A stretch of 64,000 bases of DNA. Origin: Antedon mediterranea. Its lineage: Eukaryota > Animalia > Echinodermata. The stretch covers positions 16,448,871 through 16,512,870 of the forward strand of contig NC_092676.1 of the NCBI RefSeq assembly GCF_964355755.1, written 5' to 3'. Shown here piece by piece: positions 1 through 13,400 of this stretch (its first letter is position 1; every line of letters begins with the position of its first letter). Below the pieces are notes generated by a model. That model searched no databases. It was given only the letters and a program-made list of their open reading frames with translations, and had not been told where the DNA came from. A program made the position numbers and the translations under genes.

Positions 1-785
1 TTAGAATAAAAGCATGATATATATAATAAAACCTATGAAGTCTTTATCATCTCAATTTGAGTAAGTTTTTGATAAAAATCATGCATCAACGATATGTACA
101 GTGTAGTTTGGGTTTTGATATGATGCTTTCATTAAAAAACAAAAATATAATGACTTATGATGGATGATGGTGGCTTAAACAGAAAAAAAAATGGAACGAT
201 TGAAAGAACAGTCAACAAATATAAAAATTGAGGAGATATGATCCATATTCATTTTTATAGGGTGTTTTCTATTTGTGATTTTGTCATTATTTTGATATCA
301 TTTTTATCAATAATTTGATTTTTTCTGACAGGTTCTTCAATATTAATCATTAATTTAATTACATTGCAATGATAAATTACAATAAACTATGGCTGTAATT
401 GCTCTTGTAATTCCTTAACTGTCTTTGGCAATGTGCCAATTAATGTATAGCTTTTTTACCTGTCGTTCTTTGGCGATGTGCCAACTGATGCAAAACATGT
501 TTTTCTCTCATTGAGTTGTTGTACTAAGTGTTTGATTATTTATAGAATGTACATCTGCATGCGAATTTAATGTAATCAATCCTCATTTGAACTTCTTCTT
601 ACATATTATTAGACTGTCTTGTAATTTACTATGGATTTATGACTGAATTATATAGGCATGCAATAACATATACTACAACATTATATCTTAAGGCAAATTT
701 AGAAAGATGGTCACAATGAGTAAATTCACTTTACTGACAAGGGTAGACAATCGAATGTACAATAAGTACATGATGTATTTAATGC

Positions 786-944
786 TAAAGCCTAGCCCAC
801 TAGGAGGCAATGTAAGGGTGAAGCACAACGCAGTAATTTGACCAATCACAAACTGAAGAATCATACAGATTGTCGCTTGTGATTGGCCAACTCAATTGCG
901 TTGTGTGCTCTTACGTTACATCTAAAGTGGGATGCAACCTTTAC
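786..944. mobile_element. Palindromic MITE (degenerate)
   Basis: cccact..gtaag..cacaacgca..ttgaccaatcacaa / ttgtgattggccaa..tgcgttgtg..cttac..agtggg. Confidence 0.65.
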
Positions 945-1254
945 CTGAATCACAGATTCCCCACCCTAAAATTGTTTGACTCCCCTCCCCACAAACAAAA
1001 ACACCTTTTTTAAGATTTTAAATCTCAAATAAAGCAAGATCCACTGATTTAGATAAGATAAAACAAGGGTAAGTCATCAGTCACAAAAACAGAACACACA
1101 AAGAATCCAAATATGATCAAATAAAAAAATATTTAATTTATTTCTTTTTATTCGGAGTTATCCTTATTTTAATTTATCTGAAATTATTCAGTTGGATCTT
1201 CTGGTATTACTTGTCAGTACAGTGATGTTTGTGTTTCCTCTATCTAAATATGTC

Positions 1255-1350
1255 ACTCCCTTCCATACACAAGAAAATAATGCAATTATTGTACAGTAAT
1301 TTATAGAATACAAGTGATTCATAGATTAATTTTCTTGTGTTGGGCGGAGT
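1255..1350. mobile_element. Short inverted-repeat element (MITE-like)
   Basis: actcc..acacaagaaaataat / attaattttcttgtgt..ggagt. Confidence 0.45.
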
Positions 1351-1499
1351 ATGTTTACAACTTATTGCTTGTTGTTGTGTCATTAACTTGTATTATTCTC
1401 TATGTTTACTGTGTTCTTCATGTGCTCCGTTTACATCTTCCCTTCTACAGATAATCCAGAATTCTTTAGCATGTATGTATCATAAAACCTAAAACAAGA

Positions 1500-1627
1500 A
1501 TGTTCAACAAACTAAAAGGTTTGCGAGATTCTGTCAGTCGCAAAGGTATTGTTAGAAGGATTAGTCAACGCAAGATCAAGAACCGCCGTAATAAGCATGA
1601 AGATTTTGAAATAGATGACAATGATCT
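1500..1627 (+). CDS. TIAM1: TIAM/SIF putative first coding exon A ([20 protein letters not shown]...)
   Basis: Acceptor ttctacag ends at 1450, ATG at 1500, 42 open codons plus 2 nt, donor GTGAGT. Phase 2 matches the next exon. Confidence 0.6.
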
Positions 1628-4600
1628 GTGAGTTCCTAATGCCTGATTATTGACTTGTGTTTACATCATTTGAATGCACTAACATTGCACTATTCCTATT
1701 AACACCTTCATTTTCTTTGTTTATATTTCTTACTAACAATCATTGTTTGTTGTCTTTTGTGTTTTATGAAACTGCAATCAAGACATATACAGTCAAAATG
1801 GCAAAAGGCTGACAACTTTCTATGAGTTTTATCAGATAATCTATATGGTTTTGACCACTCTTTTAACATGAATAAAGTACTGACTTTATTGAAAGATTCA
1901 TTTCATAAACTGAATACACAAACCAACAAGAATATTGTTGGTTTATCCAGGTAAGCTAGGAACGAAATACACTCAAGATTTTCCAGATTTTGATTTTGTT
2001 ATAAGGTAACAACATTGAATTTTACTATATTAAATTACTGTATAAAAATAATAACTCAATTTTTCTTTTTTATAATTTAAAAATTATTAATTAAAACACA
2101 GAGAAAATTAAAATAAAACCCAGTAAAAAATATTTATTTGAATGGCCTGGTACTAATAATTTTTCAAAATTTTAATTTTCAATTATACCAAACGGGAGTG
2201 ATGGTCTCAATTCTGATATAAATGCCCCAATTATAATCTCAATTTAAAAATAAAACTATTAGTTTCACATTGGAGGTTGGACATTTTTATTTGCTATTAG
2301 CTATTTTTTGACAATTAAAAATAGCGATATTTAATTAATTTAAAAAAAAAACAACTGCTCTACTTTTTGTTATTATGACTTCAATATATAAAAAAGAAAT
2401 TGAAACCAGTTCCAATTTAATATGAACATTATTTGTAATAAAGTACTAATTACGGTAATAGTAAAAATATCTGGAGGCTCCAAAATTTGACAATGGCGGA
2501 GATGTGAAAATAACCAATGTATTTACTTGACCTTTTACTGCCTTTAAAGAAATGATGTAAGTAACAATATAGATGTAATAATATAATAATAAGTGGGCGT
2601 AATAAATGCAGTAGGATGAATAGTATCATCAATATGATATGAATATGAAATTATCCTGGATTAATAATATTGAAGCAACGAATAAGAATATTAATCCTTT
2701 ATAATTTGAGGAAATTTCCTGAAATCGTAATGAATACACCAGTACTGTTCACACTTGCAACAAGTTTAATGAGATTAACAGAACTATCTGAACAATGAGT
2801 AATGACTAGAAAAACATATTTCATTGATATGTTGATGAAACAAAACACTGCACTTTATGAAATGAAAGATAGTTTAATCAGCAAACAATTTTATATTTAA
2901 TTATTTCCTGGTATGAGGTAATGCTGTCAAAGGAATGTAAAATATGAAACAAAATATGCTTAAATTTTAATGTCTTTTTGGTGCCTATAGCTTACCTGGA
3001 TAAATAGAAAATTGCCTATACACTTCTGATTAAGAGCTACAATGCAAAAATGTTAAATGGTCCCTGAACATTGCTCCTAGTTAATAGAATAGTCCAACAA
3101 CCATGATGTTAAATTTGAGAATATACTACCATCTTAATTTCTTTTCATTAAATCATCGCGTAAACTACAAACTACCAATATATTCTTTAATTAATCAGGA
3201 ATAAATATGTTTGATTAAATGTTTGATTGTAGATTTGTGTTGCATGTATGTTGTACTGTATGTATTTTTCTCAATGTATGTGTTGTTTTTGTGTGATGCA
3301 TCCAATTAACCTTTTCATGAACATAGTGGTCATCTAATTGTAATCATTATATCGCTTATGGGTGTGGTCAGACAGATTATATTCATTAAGCTACGGTTTA
3401 AAGTATTTATCCATGAAATTAAAAAGCAGGTTTTATGGCAGTGGCATGGCTATAGATTATGTTATTTTAAAGCTTAATATTAACACTTCAGCCACCGGTT
3501 TCCTGAAAGTATGGCACACCCATTTTATTTTGTACATCTCATAATGTACTACCCCAAATTCTATATTTCACTTTTAATAAAATGTTCTTTAATTTGAGGG
3601 GCTTAATGCTTTGTATGTTTTGTGATCGCTGTATTGTCTGATGTCTCTCATTTCTTATCTTTTCTATTTCTAACTAGTAAAATAATTGTATGTTTAACTT
3701 GTAACAAGCGCTGACTAAACAGGATAGGTGGTGCTTTTTTCCAATGAATTACATAATCTATGTATTATTTTATTTGGGAATGATTCTGATTGTAATTTCA
3801 AGAGGGCTCACTATATATTATAGTAAAAGTAAAGAATTATAAATGAAAAATAATACTTTTGAATTTTAATGTTTACAGTCATAGGTCAGCTTAAACTGTT
3901 TGTTTCATTTTCATTCTCACTGCTAAAATCATGTTTATATTGACTTTATTATTATCATTGTTTATTCATAATTGATGAAAAGATGTTTATCTTTTCATTT
4001 TCCATCTAACTTTTTGTTTTATTTACACATCATTTTTTGATAAAAGTATCACATTTAAATTTCTTTTTTGTTTCTTAATAAAAGTGATAATTTTCTTTTT
4101 ATTTCATGGTCATCTTTTGATTGCATTTATAGGACAATTAAGTATGTTCAAGTTTTAATTATTATAAAAAATAATATAAATATTTGTTTTCTGCTTTTGT
4201 ATCCACAAATACAAGCCACTAACATCTATAAATTATCTCTTACATTTAATTTGTCTATTGTATTTTATTGATTAACTGTTTTAGTATTTCATCTTTATAA
4301 CTTTGTATTGATCCAGGTGATACTAGAATACTAATCAATATATTATTGACTGACACTCTTCTTCAATAACAACAACTTATTATTCTAACTAACATTCCTT
4401 TTTATTTCAATCATTAATTTCAATGTATTTTGTTCTGTAATTTCATAACAATTTGCTTTCTGATTCGTAATTGTTTCTCTGAATTTGTTTATTTTTGCGA
4501 TACAGAACCCACTAACTTATTTAAATTATATTATACAGTACTGTACTGTACATATAATAACAATTTCAAGTAAACAAACAAGTATTATATCATGCCATCT

Positions 4601-7400
4601 GTGGTACCTACCATAAGAACATTTAGGAAGAGAGACCCATAACAGTTATCTAACACCTAAATTCATCTAACACAATTATTTATCAAGAATTGTTAGTCTT
4701 GTATGTATATTGTTTTTCTACCCATTTTTCCATTTTTAAGTTAATATGCCTTTTGAAGTAATTGCAAATAATAGAAGAACATATAAACACTGAAATGTGC
4801 ATGTATTTTATAAGAAGTAATGTAATTTATTGGCTAAAAAATAAAGTCACATAATTCCTAATTAATACATTAACATTCTGTTGTGGAAAAGTTTCATTTT
4901 GAATCATTAATATTGAATGCAAAAACAATAAATATCTTCAAAATAATATTTTAAGTAAATTTTCTTTTGGATGATCCAAAGTCGAATAAAATTCGTAAAC
5001 TTACGTTTTTTACTCTAGCTTTCGCTGGTCAACGACGCAGCTTAATCATGAGTGAGTCTCTGTGACTTGGACTTGTTACCATTAGATCTCGTATATGGTA
5101 TAGTGCCATCTATAGATCGTTCAGGTTTTCCCAAATGGGATTGTCGGGGCCTCCTCTTTAGTAAGTTGTTGTACAATTTTGGGAGTTCCAAACCGCCGTC
5201 GTCTCTGTTCATAGTGTTACCATGTTTTCTTATTTTTAAAATAATAAATTATCAAAATAATAAATTATAAACATTTTGTTTGAAGGAAAATGTTCATTTG
5301 ACCCTTTATGACCTTTGTATTTGAGCTTTTGAAGTGAAGGGTTAACTGAAAGATCAAAAATCCACCCCCATGTGATTTAATTTATGCATTTGTTTTGTGG
5401 TACAGTACAAGCATTCACTGTTTTAACACTAACAGAATATACACATTGAGTTTATTGTTTAAAGAAGGTGGTACTATGAGACATGTTATTGTAAGAAATA
5501 CTGTAGTTATTAAATCTGTTCCCTGCTTTAAATAAACAAAGACAAAATGCTAATAATTATAAACAACTGTGTATTTCCAAGAAATTGTTACAGAAACCAC
5601 AGACCTTAATTAAAACTATAATAGGTTCATGCAGAGACAATTCTACCTAATAAATCTAAAATTTGTTTTTCTAGATAGAACAATGAATTCATTATATAAA
5701 ACAACACTTTATTATTGTTATTTATTATTATTGCCAACAATAAATGTCAATAAAACAAACAATTTAAAAAACAAAGGATTGATTATTATATTGTTTTGCG
5801 TTCCTTTATGGAATGATGCACGACTATTTCATTATCAATTTGGTTTTAATATCTTGTTTATTAATAATTTTGAAACAAACTTAATCTACAATAAACAAAT
5901 AGAGTAAACATTTCAGGACAGGATTTTAAGAAGACAAAAAATAGATAATTTTATTGAAAATGATTCTTCCAAAGTATCGATGTTGTCCTGTAAATTCTGT
6001 TTGAAACTATATGTATAGTAGTAATAACCATTTTTTTCTGCTTGATTTGCGTGACTGATGCATAAAAATATACTGTACAAATGAATTTCAAGACGTTAGA
6101 CCCGCTCCTACCAACTGTAAAAATCAATGAATATCAAATACCTGCTAACTTCGTATATACCGGTACCAGTTAAAGTAACATTTGTATAAGAGAAACATAC
6201 CACTAAATAAATCTAAAATATACAAAAATAAGTACTGGTATACCAGTAAATAATGATGAGAGAATAGGTTGTATTAAATATGTGCTAATTGAAGAATTAC
6301 AATATTATGATGTTAATTTAAATATAATTTAAATTTAGTGGCATTTGTAGAATTTGTAAATGGGTGCAAACAACACATATTGTGAGAAGATGGTAGAGAC
6401 ATATTGGCCATTACAACAAGTTTATTTCCCAATGCGATCAGTCAACAACGTCGCATGGCAAAAATCCTCAAAATGTTAACAGAAAGCTGAGCATGAATTA
6501 GAGCATGTAAATTATCACCATTATACAGTATATCACTTTTTTGTTAGGTCTATTCAAATCATGCGTAATTGACCAATCAAATTGTAAAAATACAATCAAG
6601 GTGTGTTATAAATTTAGTGTATTCTGTGGATATCCTGCACAGTGTTCGTTACATGTAAAAAACCCATTTTTGTTATGATACAGGTCTTCTTGTTTCTATT
6701 ATATTCAAATCACCATTACTCTATGATTGTAACAGCTTGTCTCTTTCGCTACACGTTTTATATTTTCTCTTTGATAATAATTCTTGTTATTATTTCTAAC
6801 ATACTGAATAGCCTAATATGGTGTGCTGTATCATTAATACAATTACTTAATGTATTCATCAGTTTCTATGTCTGTTTGCATTTCTCTACATGTCTATCTA
6901 TAAAAAGTTATTAATATTTGAAATTTAAAAATTGTATTGTTTATTATTAGATAATTAACTACTAACTATAAAGTTTATTTGATTTTTTTTACTTCATTAA
7001 TTTCTGACTTCTTAATTTATCTTATAAGTTGTTATGTTTTTTAATTTAAAATTTTACAATAATAGATGTCAAACAATAATTAATGTCGCCCCCACACAAA
7101 AGTGTGTAACTGAAAACTACAATACAAAACATTTGGTTACGTAGCCATAACATCGGCAGGGGTTCGAGGCTCACTCACTCCATGGTTCTGGTGGTAGAAC
7201 GAGTCTTCTCGGATAAGGACTATAAACCGTAGGTCCAGTGTACACTTCTAGCTCGTGTGCACTTTAAAGAACCTAGTACATCTTTCGAGACGAGTAGGGG
7301 GTTACCCCGGTGTATTAGTACATCACAGCCACTGATCACCAACTGGGCCCTCTGGGAGACCAATCTTTGACTGAAGAGGTTACCCAGTATAAATATAAAT

Positions 7401-7433
<33 letters not shown>

Positions 7434-10400
7434 CATTTGGTTTGGAAAAAATTACTGTAATAATAAATTTATATACATTTGAACTTCCCTGTTTAATGGC
7501 CACTTATTCAATAGCATTTGATACCTCCTGAGAGAACCTGTGGATTCTTGTTGAATTTGGATTGCATTTTGTATGATTCTTTACCTCCCAAATTTGTTTT
7601 TTTAATGGAAACAATCTATTACTGAACCAATTGATCTTAATTAAAATGTAATATATTACAGTGCTTAAAGATGTATTGTCCCTCAAAAACATGAAAAATG
7701 AAGATGAATTAAATCAGACTTTGAATAGGTTATTTTGTAGTTTTAATACAGTTACTCACTTCCATAGAATGGACTTCAGCACGATAGGTAGATCTAATGA
7801 TGATACAACAAATGAGCAAAGAGAGCATATTAGAAACAAGTTAAAAACTACATTAGTATCAATTATAATTGATTGGTACATGTTTGTTTTGATGTTAAGA
7901 TTATTAAATTTACTTTCTGTTTTAAATTTATTGTAAATATTTTCACAACAAAGGTTTCATCACAAAACAAATAAGTCCTTATTGATAATAAAAACATTTA
8001 ATAGAATACAGGTATTATTATACTGTACTATGAAAACATAGTCAATATATTTAGAAAGTTAGTAAAATCTCAAACTGTAGGGGGCAGTATTCATAAAATT
8101 GTTAAATTTCATAAAATTGTATAATTTACAGTTAGTACAGTTTAAAGTCTACAAAAGTGTATTACTGTAAGTGTAAGTAAATGTTATAATATTAATAGAA
8201 AGGCAGTGATCGACACAAAAATATTACATAACTAATACAAAGATTATATTCATTTCACTGGTTTTTTAAAAAATTAAAAATGTTATTAATATTATTTGAT
8301 TATACATTTATTATGGCCTACTACTGGACAATTTAAGTAAATTTTAATTTTTTTTTTATTCTTTGTTTTTTTATGTATTTTTTTCTTTGTTTACTATAAA
8401 AATCTATTAAATATATTGCAGGAGATAAACTAAAGATGAGTTTCAGATAACAATGTATGCTTAATAAAATTTTTTTTTAATTGAAACTAAAAATTTAAAA
8501 TTAATTAAATATAATATTAATAATATTAGATACAGTTTCAATTTCAAATGTACTTCGACTATGACTACTATCTCCATGTTATTACTATACTGTAGCTACT
8601 GTATTTCTGAAGTCTTGTTCTCAATTATCCAAGTGACCGGTCAGTTTGACCAGAACAATTCCAGTACCAAATTGCTTTTTACAACTTTCCTACTTTTCCA
8701 AGTTGCACAGTACCGATGAATCATGACTGAGATTGAGCTGTCCAATGCGAAAATCGGACGTTGAGTTTAAACTAACCAAGTCATATAGTGCCCTCAATAG
8801 TTGATTTTATTGGTATTTGTTGCTTTCGGTAAAACCATGGAGGAATTTCCAAAGGTATAGTGCCAATGAACATGCATTTCCGACTGAAATGCCTAGTTTG
8901 ATTAAAACATTGAATGTGGCTTAACATACAGATATTTAATATAATCTTCTTGTTATTCATGATTTGTTTATTTGTTTGTTCACTAATTTCCTAACATAAG
9001 AACAAAAGAAGTTTGTCAATATAAATGCTCATTTCAGCCTCCTCCCCCCTCTTTTTTTTTTTTTTTTGGCAATTTTCAATTTCAGTTATGTGTTCTTATA
9101 ACAAAATGTCTATAGTTATATTAAATTTAAACTGTTATTTCTTGGAAGTGTATCTTAACTTATTTCTTAGTAAGTGTAAGAGTTAAGTGTACTGAATTAC
9201 TGTACCTAAAGGTCATTTGATTATGTTGATTGAGCAATGCTTTGTGTTGCCTCTATTCAAGATGCCCTGCCATTGAATAGAGATGAGAAACCTCTATTGT
9301 TAAACATAACAATAGCCATTCCTTTAAGTATACTTTGCTGAGGATAGCCTAGCAAACTGGCGCACATTTCACACTTCTCATTGACTTTACTCTCTGCTTG
9401 TGTCAAATGTAGGGAATTTCACGGTGCTTATGTTACATCATTTCAAGTGTACTTCAAAATAGTTGTATATTGTTCCTTATTAATTGGATGGATTTTTAAT
9501 TTGACCTTTGGATTTTGATAAAACTGTGTTTTTTTATCATTCAAATTGTATTTTTTACAGACTCCTTGCTGAGGGATATACATTGGTGTTAGAGGGTACT
9601 GATCAACGCTGGGAGAAACTTACTGAAAATCTACTGGATATTATCGTAAACTGTGTAAACAATGGCGTTCCAACGGTATATCGTGTCATTGGATCCGACA
9701 TGGACCAAATCATTATTGATGTTCATATAGAAATACCAGGTGGGTGATCATGAATTTGTTTGATTTAACTTTGCCATTAAAATTGATTATTTGGAAACAC
9801 TCAATAGGAAAAAGACCAACAACTTATATCTAGTGGGCATTTTCTTAGTACTGTAGTGCAGAAAATATAGCCTACACTTAGGGGAAAAATTCCTCCAAGG
9901 CAAATTACCCTTATGATGTAGTGCTTTTTGCCTTTTTTCTGATTTCCCAATAACTGAATATAGCTGGGGTAATATATCAAGAGAAATTCACAGCCTCAAC
10001 ACACACTCCTTTGATCTTTAGCCTGGTCCCGACAAATGCTCCAACACCTGCACTGTATAATGTGGCAGCTAGATGGCCTGCATCCAATATTCATAGGAAA
10101 CAAATTGTAGAAATTGAAGTTTTAACTGGATTGCACAGACAAACTTTTTGCTCTCTAAAATAGTAAACTGAATTTTTTTTTTGAATAATAGAATAATAAA
10201 AATTGTCTCTAATATACCTCTGAAATCAAAATTGTCTTTAAAAATGTACCTCTGAAATCAAATTTGTATAGATATCCTTCTTTGTTCTCAAACTTTTATT
10301 GAAAAGCAAGTTTTTTTTAAATTATGGTATTTTTGGTGTTTTTTTTTATTCAGTTTCTGTATGTCTCCTGTTCATTTTACTAGTCAACTGGTTGTCTTTG

Positions 10401-13400
10401 CATCTTGTTTGTATTTTAATGAAAAAAATTCATTATATCGGAATACTGTATGAATGTGAAGTTGTTCACTAAATGTTATCTAATAATATTTTAACTACTT
10501 ATTACTAATAATAATATACTATTGTAAAATTATGTGTTTATATACCAGGAAATACAATTAAATGTATTTTAGAGTGATACAATGAAAATCCAAAGGCAAA
10601 TTTTCATATAGATTTTGTAATTATTCGATACTGATACTTTATGGAACATATGGAATTTTGGTTATAGTTTGTTTCTTAGTTTTCTGTCCATGTTAGCTAA
10701 TAACAGTTTGGTCTCCAACTGTTACACTTGGATGCAAATATCAAAGTATGCAAGCAAAATATATTACAAAAACATATATCCATAGTTATTATTGAACCAT
10801 TAACCTTTAGAGATATAGCGAAATCGGGAAGCGTAGAAAACACATACATATGAAATATATTGAAACCAATAGCAAACATGCCTTGGGGTCGTCAGTGGAG
10901 TTAATGTGTATTTGTGTTCATATGATATCGGTATCTTCAGTATTGCTTTATTAGCATATTGGTTGGTGATGATGATAGAGGAATTTAAGGTAAGAATGTA
11001 TTACATTGATAGCATCAATCAAAAGTTTAATTTCAGGTGGTAACACATGTTTTAATATTTTACTACTGTATAGTACAGTATTAATTTAGCATTTAATTTC
11101 AGTTACAGTTGCTTTTTTAGAAACAATAAGTTGAGATCAGTAGAATTCAGTTCGTATGGTATTTCAGCTTTAGAAAAATTAGGTGTACAGTATGTTCATT
11201 TTTTAACCAATGCAATGATTTTAATGAATTATTTATTATGTATTACAGTATGGCTTTAACATGTTTGAGCTACTATAAACAAATTGGAATTTCCTGTTTG
11301 TGTGATTACCATTATTATAATTATAAATACATTATTTTCCAAGCCATATGGCCTACAATACAGTGTTTGAAAATATAGTCTTTCAGAAAATCTTATATTA
11401 TTATCTGAAACTGAAATTGCTGTTTAATGTTTCTGAGTGAGTGAGAAATAATGTTTATAATTTAAGTCAATGATGTTTCCTTTAAAGTCTTTCAAAATAC
11501 CATAAGCAATTTGTTTTTCTTAACTTATTATACATTACAAAATCAATTCCATACAATAGAAAGTACTACTGTTGATAAATGAAGCGTCACTTAAGCATTT
11601 CTTAAATATCTTGACTTTTAAACCGAAAAGATTGATAAATTCTAGTCCTGTTTGGAAAATCTTAAGATCCTTTAATATTTCCATTTTTTTGTTGTAAAAA
11701 TAATCTTATGGATAAGCGGCACAGTGAAATTGTTAATACAGTATAGAGCGAGTAAGCCAGACCTATAAATGATAATATAGTTCGTGACTTTGATATTAAT
11801 ATGGGATAATTGTTTTCTGTAAAGTCAAATATGATCAATGCATACTGTAGGATTAAAAGTTCTTTGAAAATTGAAATTTACTAATGAATTTTCATAATCT
11901 TGGTCTTCATTTACTGTACATGTGCAACTGTAGCCTGGTGGTACAGCACAGGTGGTTTATTGTTGATCCACATTCTAATCTCAATAGTATATCACATTTG
12001 TCACATTGAATGTATTTAATCTGTGCCTTAACATTCTGATGAACTATGTGATTAAAACATAAACCTGATTCCAATGTATCAAATCGAAGTCATTACGAAC
12101 GCATTCTGATGAAAATGTGTCTATTATTACACAGAATATTCTAATTAGCCTTTAATCAATATTTATTAAAACACATCTAAAGTCTACAATGCATCGTAAA
12201 TTGGTATTGAGAATTTTCGAAATTACAGCACTTATCACTGTTTATCACAAGGTCAAGTTTTTGCACATGTGCACTTTGTATAGCTCTCGCCCAAAGTGGT
12301 TAATGCATTTTTCACGTCCAACTTACACTTAGATTGTACAACAAAAACTCTTCAATAGAAGCATTCTGCTATAGTTGTATTTTAGCTTTAGGAAATTCGG
12401 ACTAGATCAATGAAATTGTGGATTTACTGGGATCATTTAAAGAGTTATCATAGTCGTTGAAAAAAATACTTTTATCTGAAAAGTAATTTAATGTAAGTAT
12501 CGAGCATTTACATCGTTCAACATTTTAGAGTCTTGATTTTTATTTATTTTATTTTGTTTCATCAGTATATTGTAATAAATTTTATATGCTGTTGTATATC
12601 GGGAAAACAAATTGAAATATTTAAATGTCGTTATACTATATTGCGACTTATAATAATAATTTGTTTTAATTTTATTATTTTATTATTTACTATATTTTTC
12701 CATACAGTATGTGCAGACACATCACTGAGAATCTGCCGGATTTTTTTCCCATAATACTTTTTACATTATTCCTTCCCCTACTACCTAGCCATGATCTTTA
12801 TCCTTGGGATTCTCCATGACCGACATTTTCCCAGGGTTGTACATTATGATTTTATATATAACCTGCTTAGGTGAGTGTCCGCACACCAGATGTATTGGTG
12901 TTTAACAGCATCATACGTCACACTGCAGCTACACCACATGCATGATTATCAATAGATTCCCACACCGATCTCGTAACGATTCGCATGTAAATTGAATCTT
13001 TGTCATCAAAATTGATTTCAATTGAGCTAGATATTGCATTACAAGTTCAATCAGTGATTTCATCAGTTGTGCTTGCCATTCTCTCTATACATGCGGCAGG
13101 CGAGGATGCACATCCATATTTACTGTCATTATCTATAATTTAATTTCACGAAGGTATTCAAATTGTTATTTTTGTTTCATCAACCAATTTTGAAATAGGA
13201 ATACTGAGACTAGAGTAGTATACAAATTCTATACATACACAGTATATTACAGGTAGGCCTACTATATTTTCACAAACTGGGTGGGGGATGATGGATAGTG
13301 TTGTCCTTGGATATAAAAGATATCAAATTTTTAGATATTAAAATGTAATATGTTACTGTACTTCACTAAATACTGTAAACACTAAAAAGTGTTGACAAAT

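Noticed and set aside
2450-8000. Numerous 60-90 aa ORFs in AT-rich introns (here and throughout the window)
   Set aside because: Low-complexity I/L/F/Y/K composition typical of random AT-rich sequence, with no splice or homology support.
12030-12120. CTGATGA motifs as extra hammerheads
   Set aside because: No stem II/GAAA/stem I arrangement was found.
10969-12870. Additional tiny ATG-initiated exons ending at donors 10989 and 12870
   Set aside because: They are phase-compatible but too short and without homology, so chance cannot be excluded.
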